In this document: piece by piece, positions 1 through 13,014 of the stretch
Position numbering within the stretch: the first letter of the stretch is position 1
Layout of the letters: each line of letters begins with the position of its first letter
Source: Octopus sinensis
Lineage: Eukaryota
NCBI RefSeq assembly: GCF_006345805.1
Contig: NC_043017.1
Coordinates: forward strand, 23,746,001 to 23,810,000
Direction: 5' to 3'
DNA length: 64,000 bases
Position numbers and translations under genes: made by a program
Notes under the pieces: generated by a model
Seen by the model: the letters and a program-made list of their open reading frames with translations, nothing else
Told to the model about the DNA's origin: nothing
The model's database searches: none

Positions 1-452
1 CGAGGCGGCGCTGGCATCAGCCACGTTCGGATGGTGCTTTTTATGTGCCACCAGCACAGAAGCCAGTCGAGGCGGCGCTGGCATCGGCCACGTTCGGATG
101 GTGCTTTTTATGTGCCACCAGCACAGAAGCCAGTCGAGGCGGCGCTGGCATCGGCCACGTTCAGATGGAGCTTTTTATGTGCCACCAGCACAGAAGCCAG
201 TCGAGGCGTGTGTGTATATGTGCATGTTTGATCATCATCATCGTCATCGTTTTTTTAAATGTCCAATTTTCATGCTTGTATTGGTCTGACAGAATTCATT
301 GTGGTAGATTTTCTATGGCCAGATGCCCTTCCTGTCACCAACCCTCACCTGTTTCCAAGCCACATAATATTTCCCCACAACCAGACAATGATTCCACAGG
401 ATATTGGAAATGAGAAACAGTTACATTCATTCATAACTATTGTGGAATATCA

Positions 453-523
<71 letters not shown>

Positions 524-1087
524 ACACAAATGTCTTAAAAGAAAAAGAACAATTTCAGTAATAAAGTTCAATGTGACATCACTGGCTCATTGGGGGGGGG
601 GGTACATTTTATTTATTCATTATTTCAAGGAAGGCAGCTTATTTGTTTATTTATTTGTCTTTTTAATGCATTATGGGAATAATAATCTCATTGGTTGTTG
701 GTTTCCAATGAGCCAATCACTGCTTCCCTACTTTTATGACGACAAGAGTGACAAACAATTGTCTGTATTATTGCAAGGGATTTCAATCAAATGTACTGGT
801 TTCTTAAGTCTGTTGCTAAAAAATATATACATACCATATTTTCCAGTATATGAATAAAGTTTTCAGAGCAAAATTTACAGCCCCAAAATGAGATAGGTCA
901 ACTTATACACCAGTTTGATCTTGGAGGACCAAAAATTCCATGTGAAATGCAGGAGGATATGGAAAGACAGTGATGATGTTTGAATGTTTATGCTACATGT
1001 TTACACTAAATACTACATCAATTTGTATGCTGGAAAATACAGTACATGCTCAGTCATACATACACGCATATATACAACAGGTTTTAA

Positions 1088-1320
1088 GGCAGCGAGCTGG
1101 CAGAAACGTTAGAACGCCGGGCGAAATGCATAGCTGTATTTCGTCTGCCGTCACGTTCTGAGTTCAAATTCCGCCGAGGTTGACTTTGCCTTTCATCCTT
1201 TCGGGGTCGATAAATTAAGTACCAGTTACACACTGGGGTCGATATAATCGACTTAATCCGTTTGTCTGTCCTTGTTTTTCCTCTCTGTGTTTAGCCCCTT
1301 GTGGGTAGTAAAGAAATAGG
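1088..1320 (+). mobile_element. tRNA-derived SINE family A (other copies include 13232-13620, 31690-31920 minus, 35017-35232, 46120-46330, 54830-55040, 63780-64000)
   Basis: A-box/B-box-like head (GAGCTGGCAGAA...GTTCAAATTCC) and the shared core GCCTTTCATCCTTTCGGGGTCGATAAA, repeated many times on both strands. Confidence 0.88.
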
Positions 1321-1563
1321 TTTCTGCACAGTTTCCACTGACCAAATTCCACTCAAGGTTTTAACCATTTGGTTCTCTGATAAAAGGCCTTTCCTGAAGG
1401 TTCAGCTCTGTGGTATCAACCCTAGAATCACCTAGTTGTGAAGCAAACTTTGGACTCATACAGCCATGCCCAAGGCATTTGTTTTAATGTTAAACATACA
1501 AAAAAGTCATTTTAGGGAAAGGTCTACAAACGTACTACTTTATCAATTTACTTTTCTACTTAA

Positions 1564-1778
1564 CCCTTTAGCATTTAAACCGGTAATATCTGATGTCCAG
1601 CCATAATATTCTGTTTTATATTCGAAGTGGCCAGATCTGGCCTCTCACACTTACCCTACAATGTCATTCTGAAAACATACAAACACATCATTGAAATCTC
1701 AAGCTATGAGATAATGATGCATTGTTAATTCAAAATAATGGGAATAAATAGGGACAGAATAATTTGAACACTAAAGGG
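1564..1778. mobile_element. piggyBac-type MITE family 1
   Basis: TTAA|CCCTTTAG...CTAAAGGG|TTAA; homologous to 11493-11713. Confidence 0.8.
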
Positions 1779-2393
1779 TTAAATTCATAAAAAAGAAAAA
1801 AAAAGGCTGAAAGCTTCCCAAATGTGCAGGGGATGATTTGTGGCAGAACATAGTTGGGGAGTAAGGGTTGCAACTAGCTAAAAAGGTTCTTCTTAATGTA
1901 AGACTTTTTTGTTTTAGGGAGCTGATGACCGAGTGACATAACAGAGTTTCACTATTTCATCATCATCATCATCGTTTAGTGTCTGCTTTCCATGCTAGCA
2001 TGGGTTGGACAGTTCAACTGGGGTCTGGGAAGCCAGAAGGCTGCACCAGGCCCAGTCTGATTTGGCAGTGTTTCTACGGTTGGATGCCCTTCCTAACGCC
2101 AACCACTCCGAGAGTGTTGTGGGTGCTTTTTACGTGCCACCGGCACAGGTGCCAGACGAGGCTGGCAAACGGCCATGATCAGATGGTGATTTTTACGTGC
2201 CACTGGCACGGAGGCCAGGCGAGGCTGGCAACGGCCGCATACACACACACTCGCTTGCGTATGTCTCTGTTTAATTGGGTGCACGTGTGTCGGTGGGACT
2301 TGTTTTCAATAATAACTGTTGATGAAAATTTCCATGTTTCTTCAAATAGACGCTTATCACTAAAGCTGATTGATTTTCTTTTAATTTCGATAG

Positions 2394-2459
2394 AAACAAC
2401 TGGAAGAATATCTTCAATGTGCTCTGAAATGCCGAATGTACAGAAATCATATAGAAATG
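2394..2459 (+). CDS. PLD1: PLD exon, end of PX domain (KQLEEYLQCALKCRMYRNHIEM)
   Basis: tag|AAA...ATG|gtatgg; 66 nt; resembles the LExYL...YRN segment of the PLD1 PX domain. Confidence 0.85.
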
Positions 2460-2959
2460 GTATGGAAAGTAGCTTTTATTGCAGTAATCCTCTTTTATGA
2501 AATTGTTTGAAGTCTGTATTTAGATATATATTTGCCTTTAACTTTATTTCTTCCTTTCAAATTTCTTGCTTCTTCATTTTTCTTTCACTTCTTGTCGTCT
2601 ACTTCTTTCTTCATTTTTTCCTTTCTCTTTTCTATTCATCATTTTCCTTCCATCTGTTTCTCCTTCATTCCTTCAAATTCCTTCTTTTTTTTTCTTTAAT
2701 TTCCTTTTCAGCTTTTATCTATACTTGTTTTTTTTTTGTATTTTTTACTTGTTTCAATCATTAGACTGTGGCCATGCTGGGGTACACACCTTGAAGAATT
2801 TTTGTCAAACAAATCAACCTCAGTACTTATTATTTTTTCTAAAGCCTGGGACTTAATCTCTCAGTTTCTTTTGCTGAACTGCTAAGTTACAGGGATGTAA
2901 GCACACCAGCACTGGATGTCAATCAGTGGTGGGAGACACACTGATGCACGCACATGTGC

Positions 2960-2997
<38 letters not shown>

Positions 2998-3079
2998 CTT
3001 TGCATGTACCATGTCCTTGTGTTGTTTTTTTCTTGTGTTTTTCCTCGTTTTTTGTTTTGCATTAACTATATTATCATCA

Positions 3080-4090
3080 TCATCATCATCATCATTTAGC
3101 GTCCGTTTTCCATGCTAGCATGGGTTGGACGGTTCAACTGGGGTCTGGGGAGCCCGAAGGCTGCACCAGGCCAGTCAGATCTGGCAGTGTTTCTACAGCT
3201 GGATGCCCTTCCTAACGCCAACCACTCCGAGAGTGTAGTGGGTGATTTTATGTGCCACCGACACAGGTGCCAGACGAGGCTGGCGGACGGCCACGCTCGG
3301 ATGGTGTTTTTATGTGCCACCGACACAGGTGCCAGACGAGGCTGGCAGACGGCCACGCTCGGATGGTGTTTTTATGTGCCACCGACACAGGTGCCAGATG
3401 AGGCTGGCAGGTGCCAGACGAGGCTGGCAGACGGCCACGCTCGGATGGTGTTTTTATGTGCCACCGACACAGGTGCCAGATGAGGCTGGCGGACGGCCAC
3501 GATCGGATGGTGTTTGTTACGTCCCCAAAGCACGGAGGCCAGTCTATGCGGTACTGGCTACGGCCACGTTCGGATGATTTTCTTGTGTGCCACCGGCACT
3601 GGTACCACAAAGATACAAATTCCATTTATGTTCATCTATTTTGATTTGTTTTGATTTGATTTGATTTTTACTTGCCTCAACAGGTCTTCACAAGTGTCAC
3701 TTGCCTCAACAGGTCTTCACAAGTGTCACAAGAAGGAAGGTATGCACAGGTGGACTGTCTACGTCGCCGGGTCTTCGGATGGTGTCTTTATGTGCCACCG
3801 ACACAGGTGCCAGATGTGGCTGGCGAACGGCCACGATCGGATGGTTTTCTTGTGTGCCACCGGTACTGGAACCACAAAGATACAAATTCCATTGATGTTC
3901 ATCTATTTTGATTTGGTTTGATTTTCACTTGCCTCAACAGGTCTTCACAAGTGTCACGCGTGTCACACACTTGCCTCAACAGGTCTCCACAAGTGTCACA
4001 CACTTGCCTCTGCCTCAACAGGTCTTCACAAAGTGTCACACACTTGCCTCTGCCTCAACAGGTCTTCACAAGTGTCATAAGAGGGAGGTA
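3080..4090 (-). mobile_element. RTE-tailed SINE-like repeat with internal tandem modules (relatives at 1-210, 1967-2240, 5100-5320, 17640-18090, 21440-21700, 44940-45130, 47060-47410)
   Basis: Shared 3' end ...CCAACCCATGCTAGCATGGAAA.CGGACG.TAAATGATGATG, whose last ~25 nt match the RTE LINE end at 39130-39170. Confidence 0.85.
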
Positions 4091-4097
4091 TGCACGT

Positions 4098-4147
<50 letters not shown>

Positions 4148-4869
4148 GCATTAGCTACAGCATTAGAGTATTTTAGTTCTTATTTCTAGCAATGTTGGTG
4201 TTTCTTTTTAACACCCTATAATTATTATAATTGATGACAATTATAATTCTCCTTTTTGGTGAAACATTGCAACCTGCTTTTTATAGGTGTAGAAAATCCA
4301 AGTTTCACGATGATTTTACCGTAAAATGGGTTTAGCAAAGTGTAAATAATCCAATGAAAAGAAGAAGAAGACAAATAATATTCTTTAACACAACTTTAAT
4401 CCTAAGTTACAACTGTTTCTGTATCACCTCTACTTGCAACACAAGTTTACACAAAAATTCTGAATGGAAATTCATATAATGTTTGTGGTTTTAGACATAA
4501 GAGAAGCACTTCATCAGACTTGCATCAAAGTTGTGTTGTCACTAATGTAGATCAGTTTAAAATCCAAGCTGTGTCCTCTTGAAGCACATCTGCTTATTCC
4601 AGTATTCCAAATCCATACGCAGATGTTATATTCATGTGAGGTATGCATAAGACTGCAAAATGCTGGGAAATATTTTCTACACATTAATAATATCAAAATA
4701 GGAGATTGAAAAATAACACCAAAAATTTTCCAATCTCTTGCTTTTATTTATATAGATAAAGATAGATATGGTTGGTCTATGGAGTTACCCTGGGTTTCAT
4801 GTCCATACAGCACTTAGGTTCACAGAATTCTTCAGACCCCAAAACCTGTTGGCCTCTGGCTTCTCTAAG

Positions 4870-5000
4870 AAATGCTCTTATGTTGGAAGGAGCAAGAGGA
4901 CTTATAGAATTTTAACTTGGGAATGATGCCCTGTAGATCTGCTTCAAAGGGTTTGAGGTCCTTCTTCCTGGGTGGGTACTTCCTAGATTTAATCTCTTAT
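4870..5000 (-). mobile_element. Decayed Penelope-like element fragment (region N-terminal to RT)
   Basis: Minus-strand EIKSRKYPPRKKDLKPFEADLQGIIPKLKF...FQ resembles, from memory, the KS..PP..L..FE.DL..I..IKF...FQ motif of marine-invertebrate PLEs. Confidence 0.45.
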
Positions 5001-5829
5001 GTGTTGTTCTCCAGAGATGGCATGGCTAGGCCATGATAGAAGGCTTTCCATCGTATTCATCTTACTACATCCAGTGGCATGTATAAAAGGATTCAAGCGA
5101 GGTCATTGCCAGTACTGCGTGACTGGCCCCCATGCCGGTGACATGTAAAAAGCACCCACTACACTCTTGGAGTGGTTGGCGTTAGGAAGGGCATCCAGCT
5201 GTAGAAACTCTACCAAATCAAGACTGGAGCCTGGTGCAGCCATCTGGTTCACCAGCCCTCAGTCAAAATCGTCCAACCCATGCTAGCATGGAAAGCGGAT
5301 GTTAAACGATGATGATGATATATATTTATATATATATGTATATCTGACAGGACTCCTCACAGTTTTATTCCACCAAATTTACTCACAAAGCATTGGTTGA
5401 CCTGGAGCTGTAGTAGAAGACTCTAGCTTAAAGTGCTGTACAGTGGGACTGAACCCAGAACCTTGTGGTTGCAAAGCAAGCTTCTTAACCACACAGCCAT
5501 GCCTACTCCTTCCTCCTATATTTTCATCTTCCATTTTTTTTCTTCAACTTCTTCTCTTCATATCCCTTGTTCTTTTCCATCTCTCGTTCTCTGCCATCCT
5601 TTCTTCCTTCCTTGTCTCCTCTTCTTCACCTTCATTCCGTTCCTCTTTTCCTATAATTCATCCCATACAGTCCTAAATCTCCAGCATTTACTATGGTGGC
5701 CACCACTAACGAGTTTCCTCTGGTGTTCAACATAGAATCATCACCCCTCCCCCACCCTGTCCAGCAAGACTGATTTCTTATCCCTGGCCTCAGCCTCCTC
5801 TTCAACCCACACCCCTCTTCCACTCCTCA

Positions 5830-6110
5830 TACTATTCTTCCATCCCCCTCCTCTTCTACTCCCATTCTCCCCCCTCCTCTTCTACCCCCATTTCCCCATT
5901 TTCCCCCTCCTCTTGTACCCCCATTCTCCCCCTCCTCTTCTACCCCCATTCTCCCCTCTTCTTCTACCCCCATTCTCCCCCTCCTCTTCCACTCCCTCCT
6001 TTTCCACTCCCTCCTCATCCACTTCCTCCACTTCCCTCTCCCTCCTCTTCTACCCCCATTCTTCCACTCTCTCTTCTTCATCCACTCCCTCCTCTTCCAC
6101 TCCCTTTCCT
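5830..6110. repeat. Polypyrimidine minisatellite (CCCCATTCTCCCCCTCCTCTTCTA-like unit)
   Basis: Direct reading. Confidence 0.85.
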
Positions 6111-6289
6111 TTCCGCATTATACCCAAGTTGTGCTTATGCATATATTGCACAGAGAAAGATTCTATGGCTTCTATTTATATTAAGACATTTGATTTCACA
6201 TGATTAAGATTAATGTTGACTGGAACAGATTGATGGAAAGAAAGGACCACAGGGTACTGTAATTGACACCACCCCTAGTTGTTTGTTGT

Positions 6290-6545
6290 TATTGTAGATG
6301 ATGATGATGGTGGTGATAGTTTAGATGATGATGGTGGTGGTGGTGTTGAAAATAGTGATGATGGTGTTGGTGATAATGGTAAAGATCATGATGACGAAGA
6401 TGATGATAATGGTGGTGATAGTGGTGAAGATGGTAATGATGATGTTGATGATAATAGTGGTGATGATCAAAATAGTCATGGTGGTGGTGCAATGATGGCA
6501 GTGTAGTAGTAGTAATAGTAGTAGTAGTAGTAGTAGTAGATAATA
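6290..6545. repeat. (GAT/GGT/GTA)n trinucleotide tract
   Basis: Direct reading. Confidence 0.9.
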
Positions 6546-8317
6546 TTGATGAAGTTTCGAAATGTCCGGTTTATTTAGCTCTTCAGTTTCTGAAGTGGCA
6601 GCTTCACCAAGTCAGGATTAGTGAGACTCAAACAAAGCTGCAAGGTTAGAATTACATTACTGATAAAACCAATAAGAACTAAACGTTGAGGTGAACCACC
6701 ATAACAGGAATAAACGAATCAGTGGTGTCAAGACTTGTACTGTTTGGTGAAGTGTCTTTGTTGCCTTCCCATTACACCATTCTTCCTGCTTTTCTGTTTA
6801 AGTTACTTACCAACAACCAGACTGTAGCCATCAATGTCTCTCTTCCATTACTCCCCATTCCTACCATTATCTCACTCCTAGCATTCTGTTTACCCTCATC
6901 TCCCTCACACTTTCTCTTCTTTCACCTCCTTGGTCATCAATCTCATTTCTATTCTCACTCTTGAACAGGTTTACCTTAAATGAACGGAGACAATGTAAAG
7001 CAGCAATGACTCTTTAGTTTTCCGAAGGCCAAGGCAACATCTCCAGTGTAGGTGCCATGATAACACATACCCAGTATACTCTATAAAGGAATGAGTAAAT
7101 GAATGGAAACAATGGAGGGTAGGGAGGACCCTTTCGTCTTGCTAAATATATTGGGACCTTGGTTTACGAATGCTTCTCATCACGTACTTTTAATTTTTCT
7201 TAACTTAACTTCCCCTGATTTATTCAATTACAATTGTTCATCCTCCTGCAGTGAGCTGGCAGAAATGTTAGCACACCGGGCGAAATACTTAGCAGTATTT
7301 TGTCTATCTTTACATTCTGAGATCAAATTCTGCTAAGGTCAACTTTGCTCTTCATTTTTCAGGGTCAATAAATTAAGTACCAATTGCATACTGGGGATGA
7401 TCTAATCGATTGGCCCCCCTCCCCTCCCCCAAAATTTTGGGACCTTGTGCTAGAGCAGAAAAGTTCATCCTCTTCCTTTGCCTTCCTAACCACTTCTACT
7501 AATGGCATTGCCCTGTTCTATATTATACCATGTACTAGTGTTAATAAGCACTTATATTAGTATGTATAGACATATATACAAATGTGTATAAACACATATA
7601 TATATCAGTGTGAATAAACATGTGAAAAGGAGTAATGACCCCCTTCAGTCACGAATGACCATGGGATTACACATAGAAAGTACCCCTCCAAGGCACAAAT
7701 CTGGCCAAGGGTGTTTATGGAAGACAAGCAGTCGCCCATACATACCAGCCTTTCTCCTCCACGCCTCTGATGTTGTCCAAGGGAAAGGCAAAGGCTGATA
7801 CAGCTTGGCACTACTGACATTGCAACTCATTTCTACAGCTGAGTGAACTGGAGCAACATGAAATAAAGTCTCTTGCTCAAGAACTCAACCTCGTGATCAT
7901 AAGCTCGATGCTCTAACCACTGAGCCATGTACCTTTACATGTATTAGTGTGAATAAACCCATACACAGAGCAATAACATTGCATTTCCACTCATATAAAC
8001 ACACACTCATACAATGTTTATAAAACCTTGTGCAGCTACTGGTAAATACAATAAATACAGTATCGTATTACAATTCTGACAAGATTAATGTGAACTAGAG
8101 ACATGCAATGCTAAAATTATTCTTGAAATATAAATCTGAAATAAAATAAAGAAAAACCTGTTGAGGTGTTTTGCCCAAACACTTACAGATATCTTCTCAT
8201 ATTACACACCAAACGTTCTTTGTGTTTTATAAATTTACCTTCTGAAAAGATAAAAGATTAACATTGCTTCTCATTGTATTTGTTTTTTTCTTATTTCTTT
8301 TTCTGTATATTCCATAG

Positions 8318-8469
8318 CTAAAATTCTTAGAAATCAGCCGCCTGTCTTTTATTAAAGAACTTGGTTGTAAAAGGAAAGAGGGTATGGTAATGAAATCTCC
8401 CGGAGGTCGGTCTACAAGTTGTCTGAATTGTAAGAACATGTTCCAACTTGGCAGAACTTGGCATAAAAG
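8318..8469 (+). CDS. PLD1: PLD exon, PX/PH junction (LKFLEISRLSFIKELGCKRKEGMVMK...WHKR)
   Basis: catag|CTA...AG|gtaaga; 152 nt; matches FLxxSxLSFIxxLGxKxxEG. Confidence 0.95.
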
Positions 8470-9929
8470 GTAAGAAGGGGTTGTTATTGTTGTTGTTATA
8501 AGTGTAATGGTGATGTCCCAGCATGGCCACAGCCTCTGGCTGAAACAAATAAAAGTAAAATGCTGTTGATTGTTGTTTGATCAATCAAACTTGGGATCTG
8601 TACCAAATGCCTTTTGGTATTAGTTCTCTTTGCATTCTGAGTTTCAATCCCACCATATCCAACTGGGATCATTGACTTAATCCCTCGCTCAGTTTAACAT
8701 CACCACTCGGCAATTTGAGCATCTTTAGCAGATTCTGTTCTGTTGCAAGCGTTCAAGTCATTCACTGGTTCAGGGATACTTTCCTACCCCCTCTTTCCTT
8801 CCCCCATCCCTTCAATTCTCTCTCCTTCTCTCTAGTCTCAGGGAACCTGTGAAGGATCATGTACACTGCCCTTCTCTTCTGAGAGGGCTAGTGTATTTCT
8901 AAAAGAAATTTAAAAAAAAAAAACCTACCTCTTTTTATTATGATCCCGTCTACACCTGGGAGCCCTTCTACATATTTTATCCTAATACTTGATACTTTAT
9001 TTTATCAATCCCCTACTCAAGAAGAATGAAAGACACAATTAAATTCAGAATGTAAAAAGTGTAACTAAATGCCACAGGCATTCTGTCAGAAACTCGGATG
9101 TTTTCTGCTAATTCAGCCCCAATATTAGTTGATAACTGAAATAAACCAACTGGGGTGGGGAGATTTCCAAATCAGTGTAGAAAGAATATTATGTAACATA
9201 GCACAGACATACATGTCCTTTCAACGAATCCTTTGGAGTACCTAATTCTTGGATCACATTTACACCTGGATTGCCTCCCCAATTTCCTTGGAGCACATCA
9301 ATTGGCTCAGTGGTTAGAGCATTGGGCTCACCACCATGAAGTAGTGAGTTCAATTCCAGACTGGGCTGTATGTTGTGTTCTCGAGCGAGACATTTTATTT
9401 CACATTGTTTCAGTTTACTCAGCTGTAGAAATAATGTGTTGCAACATCACTAGTGCCAAGCTATATAGCTGGCATGGAGAGGAGAGGCTTGTATGCATGG
9501 TTGACTGCTAGTCTTTCATAAAAAAAACCTTCTCCTGGGAGGGGAACTTACTAAGTGCAATTCCATGATCATATATGACCATGATGGAGTGTCTTTACCC
9601 TTTACCCTATGTGCATAGATGCACCTTGTACAAGTGGGTGCTGAAATTTTTCTGACTTTAAGAGTATCACAAAAGGCCAGGTTGGAGGTCAAACCTTCCA
9701 AGTTCTTTTACAGGGCTTAGAAATACTGAAAGACTGTTGCAATAAATGTGTGAATCTGAGAGGGGAATATGTTGCATGAAATCATAATTAACTTATCCTC
9801 CTGTGTTTTCTGTTACACAAAGCCAGGAATTTTTCAGCATCCCTCGTATTTGAATTTTTGATAAGGTAATTGCTTTTAAGAACTTTAGCCAGGGTCCTGC
9901 TTATGAGTGTATTTTTTTGTAGTGTATGG

Positions 9930-10290
9930 CTTGGAAGCACTCCGTCAGTTACGACGACGAGGGTTCCGGTTGATCCAATCAACGGAACAGCCTGCTCGTG
10001 AAATTAACGTATAAGTGGCTGAGCACTCCACAGACACGTGTACCCTTAACATAGTTCCCGGGGATATTCAGCATGACACAGGGAGTGACAAGGCTGGCCC
10101 TTTGAAATACAGGTACAACAGAAACAGGAAGAAAGAGTGAGAGAAATTTGTGGTGAAAGAGTACAGCAGGGATCACCACCATCCCTGCCAGAGCCTCGTG
10201 GAGTTTTAGGTGTTTTCGCTCAATAAACACTCACAACGCCCGGTCTGGGAATCGAAACCGCGAGTCCGCTGCCCTAACCACTGGGCCATT
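9930..10290 (-). mobile_element. tRNA-derived SINE (distinct family)
   Basis: Minus-strand head GGCCCAGTGGTTAGGGCAGCGGACTCGCGGTTTCGATTCCC. Confidence 0.72.
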
Positions 10291-10824
10291 GCTTATAGCA
10301 TTTGATAACAGAGCATGACTATTTACTTTTTAGTGGTGATAACATTTCTAAATAAACTAACTCTGGCTTTAGAGCATGACAATAGCAATATCAGGAAAAT
10401 AATGACCAAACTATGAAGATTTTCATTTGTGGCTGTTTCCGTGTTGTGTGTCACTGTCTCCCTCTTCTGTCTACATATGTGTGTGTGTGTGTGTGTGTGT
10501 GTGTAACCTTACAAAGATGTTTCTTGTATTCTTGTATTCACTCTGTAAAATGGTTGGCATTAAAAAAAGACATCCAGCTGTAGAAACCAGCTAAAGCTGT
10601 TATTGGGATCTGATGCAGCTCTGCAGCGTGTCAGACCCTATGAAACCATCCAACCCATGCCAGTAAGGAAAACATACATTAAATGTAGATGAACCTAACA
10701 GATGGCTCATCATTAAAGACATTGTTTATATTCGCTTATATTCTAACTAATATTCTAACAAATGGTTATATTTATGTTTATATTCTATATATCTGTGTGT
10801 GTTTATATTCTCTAACTTTCTGTC

Positions 10825-10863
<39 letters not shown>

Positions 10864-10968
10864 GGTGTTTATAGTCTATACACACACACATATATATATG
10901 TGTGTGTGTGTTTATAGTCTACATATATATATATATATCATATATTTATAATTTTTCTATTTTCACAG

Positions 10969-11121
10969 ATGGTTCATCATAAAAGACACATTTCTTACCT
11001 TCCTCCGTCCACACGATGGTGCTGTCCGAGATGTAATTTTACTCGATTCAGATTTTGATATAAAATCTGGTTATTTTGAAACTGGTGTACCTCATGGAAT
11101 TCTGATAAAAAATTCTTGCCG
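10969..11121 (+). CDS. PLD1: PLD exon, PH domain (WFIIKDTFLTFLRPHDG...)
   Basis: cacag|A...CG|gttcgt; 153 nt; phase 2-2. Confidence 0.93.
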
Positions 11122-11492
11122 GTTCGTATCATTTCCCATTCTTTAAATTCTACATAAAAAACTCAACATGCCATCAGCACTGTTGTATCGTTTTGTAAAC
11201 AGAGATTTAGGTTTCTACAGAATGTTTTATTGTTTTGAAGCTGAAGAATTTTATAGAAATAACAACAACCTATGCAAGATAATTTCCTTCATTCTGATAG
11301 GATATTAGTCAGAGAAGCAAAGACAGTGCTGGTGACCTTTTTACTGCCTCTTGGAGATTGGTGAGGGAAACAGAGAAAGAAACCCTGGTTTCATCCTTTT
11401 GTTACTGTATTTCTATTGAAATACTCCACTTTTGTTTCAATTAATTTTGAATTATCATGAAGAATTTACTAAAGCAATTTTGTCATCATTAA

Positions 11493-11713
11493 CCCTTTAG
11501 CATTTAAACTGGCCATATCCGGCCAAAAATATTCTGCCTGTTTTATGTTCAAACTGGCCAGATCTGGTCTCTCACACCAACCCTACAATATCGTCTTAAA
11601 AATTAACAGCTACCTCATAAAAATCTCATAGCTACAAGATAATGCATGATTAGTTTGAAACAATCTGGATGAAGAAGCATTAATTTTGGCAGAATAATGC
11701 GATCACTAAAGGG
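11493..11713. mobile_element. piggyBac-type MITE family 1, nested in an older TTAA element
   Basis: TTAA|CCCTTTAG...CTAAAGGG|TTAA; a second AAAAGGGTTAA end at ~11830. Confidence 0.8.
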
Positions 11714-12048
11714 TTAAGCTGGAATTTGGATCATAAATTTACACATTTTATGAAAGGTTTTAGTTTAGATTACTTTAAGGATGAAGTATGTATCATAGAA
11801 TTAGGGCACTTCAGGCAGGTTGGTATCAAAAGGGTTAAGAAGTGCTGCAGTAGAAAGCAACACCTCACTATGTTGTGTTATCCTCAAACTGGAGACTTGG
11901 TCTAAACCAGTGATTCTCAACCAGGGTCCACATGATCCCTTGTGGGTCCATATGAAATTTTGTTGTTAAAATTTAAGTGCAATAAATTGGTTATACTTCT
12001 ACAGCACACAAAGGTCACGCACCACAACTCGACATTTTATTTATATTA

Positions 12049-12079
<31 letters not shown>

Positions 12080-12864
12080 GCATTTCATCTGTCTTCACAT
12101 TCTGAGTTCAAATTCTGCCGAGGTCAACTTTGCTTTTCATCCTATCAGGGTCGATGTAATTTAAATGCTTGCAACAGAGTTGACTGCATTACGATACCTG
12201 GTGATATTTCAATTCTTTGTATTCTGAGTTCAAATCCTGCTGAGGTCAGCTTGGCCTTTCATCCTTTCAGGGTTGATAAAATAAGATACCATTAACCTTG
12301 GATGATAAATTGGGGAAATTGTAAGAGTGTCAGGTTTTGCTGTGTCTATTCCAACTGTTATCCAGTCTGGGTTCAAATCTTACTTTTTGTCACCAAGGGT
12401 TTGAACAAAACGAGAGAGAGACTGACTGACTGACTTCTGTGAGCATTTGTGGGAGAAATTACCAAATTTTGGCACAAGGCCAGTAATTTCAGGGGAGGGA
12501 GAAAGTCAATTACATTGACCCCAATATTTAACTGGTACTTATTTTATTGACCCCAAAAAGATGAAAGGCAACATCAACCTCAGTGGAATTTGAACTCAGA
12601 ATGTAGACAGACAATGTGCTGCCAAGTATTTTGCCTGGCATGTTAACAACTCAGCCAGCGTGCAGCCATATATGGTATCAGTAATCAAGAAAATGAAAAC
12701 TTGGTTTCCTTTTCTTAACTGGAAGATCTGCTGCAAATCAATAGTAATTAGCAAAATGGTAATGAGAGAATCAGGTTTAATTCATTAAGTTCTTGTAATG
12801 AAAAATGCATAAGAAGCGTCTTTGTGTTTATTGTGAAGAAACTGTTTTGTTCTTTGATAAACAG

Positions 12865-13014
12865 AGAACTGCTGTTTAGTTGCTGGACACATCGAAAACA
12901 GGTGGAATGGTCTGATCAGATTAAAATGATTGCTGATGGAACTGGTAAAGAATACACTGAAGAGAAACGGTTTAATTCTTTTGCACCAATTCGAACTGAC
13001 GCCCATGGAACCTG
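12865..13014 (+). CDS. PLD1: PLD exon, PH end (ELLFSCWTHRKQVEW...RFNSFAPIR)
   Basis: acag|A...TG|gtaagg; 150 nt; RFxSFAPxR motif. Confidence 0.94.

Noticed and set aside
733-763. Hammerhead-like ...TATGACGACAAGAGTGACAAACAATTGTC
   Set aside because: The AAAC-AATT-GUC stem III is typical, but the CUGAnGA core, G12 and stem II are broken; at most a dead copy.
1-2393. Search for further upstream PLD (PX, N-terminal) exons
   Set aside because: No segment with PX-like translation and splice sites found; these exons probably lie before the window.
31-4189. Many 60-170-aa ORFs (MCHRHRCQ..., VPPTQVPDEAG...) also at 17677-18074 and 47098-47566
   Set aside because: They are read-throughs of GC-rich SINE modules, open in several frames on both strands; no protein family signal.
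4500-4700. Possible RT remnant on the minus strand (HLRMDLEYWNKQMCFKRTQLGF)
   Set aside because: Too short and interrupted by stops to assign.
6658-6690. CTGATAA...TAAACGTTG hammerhead-like relic
   Set aside because: C3 and A8 are mismatched, there is no stem II, and G12 is lost.
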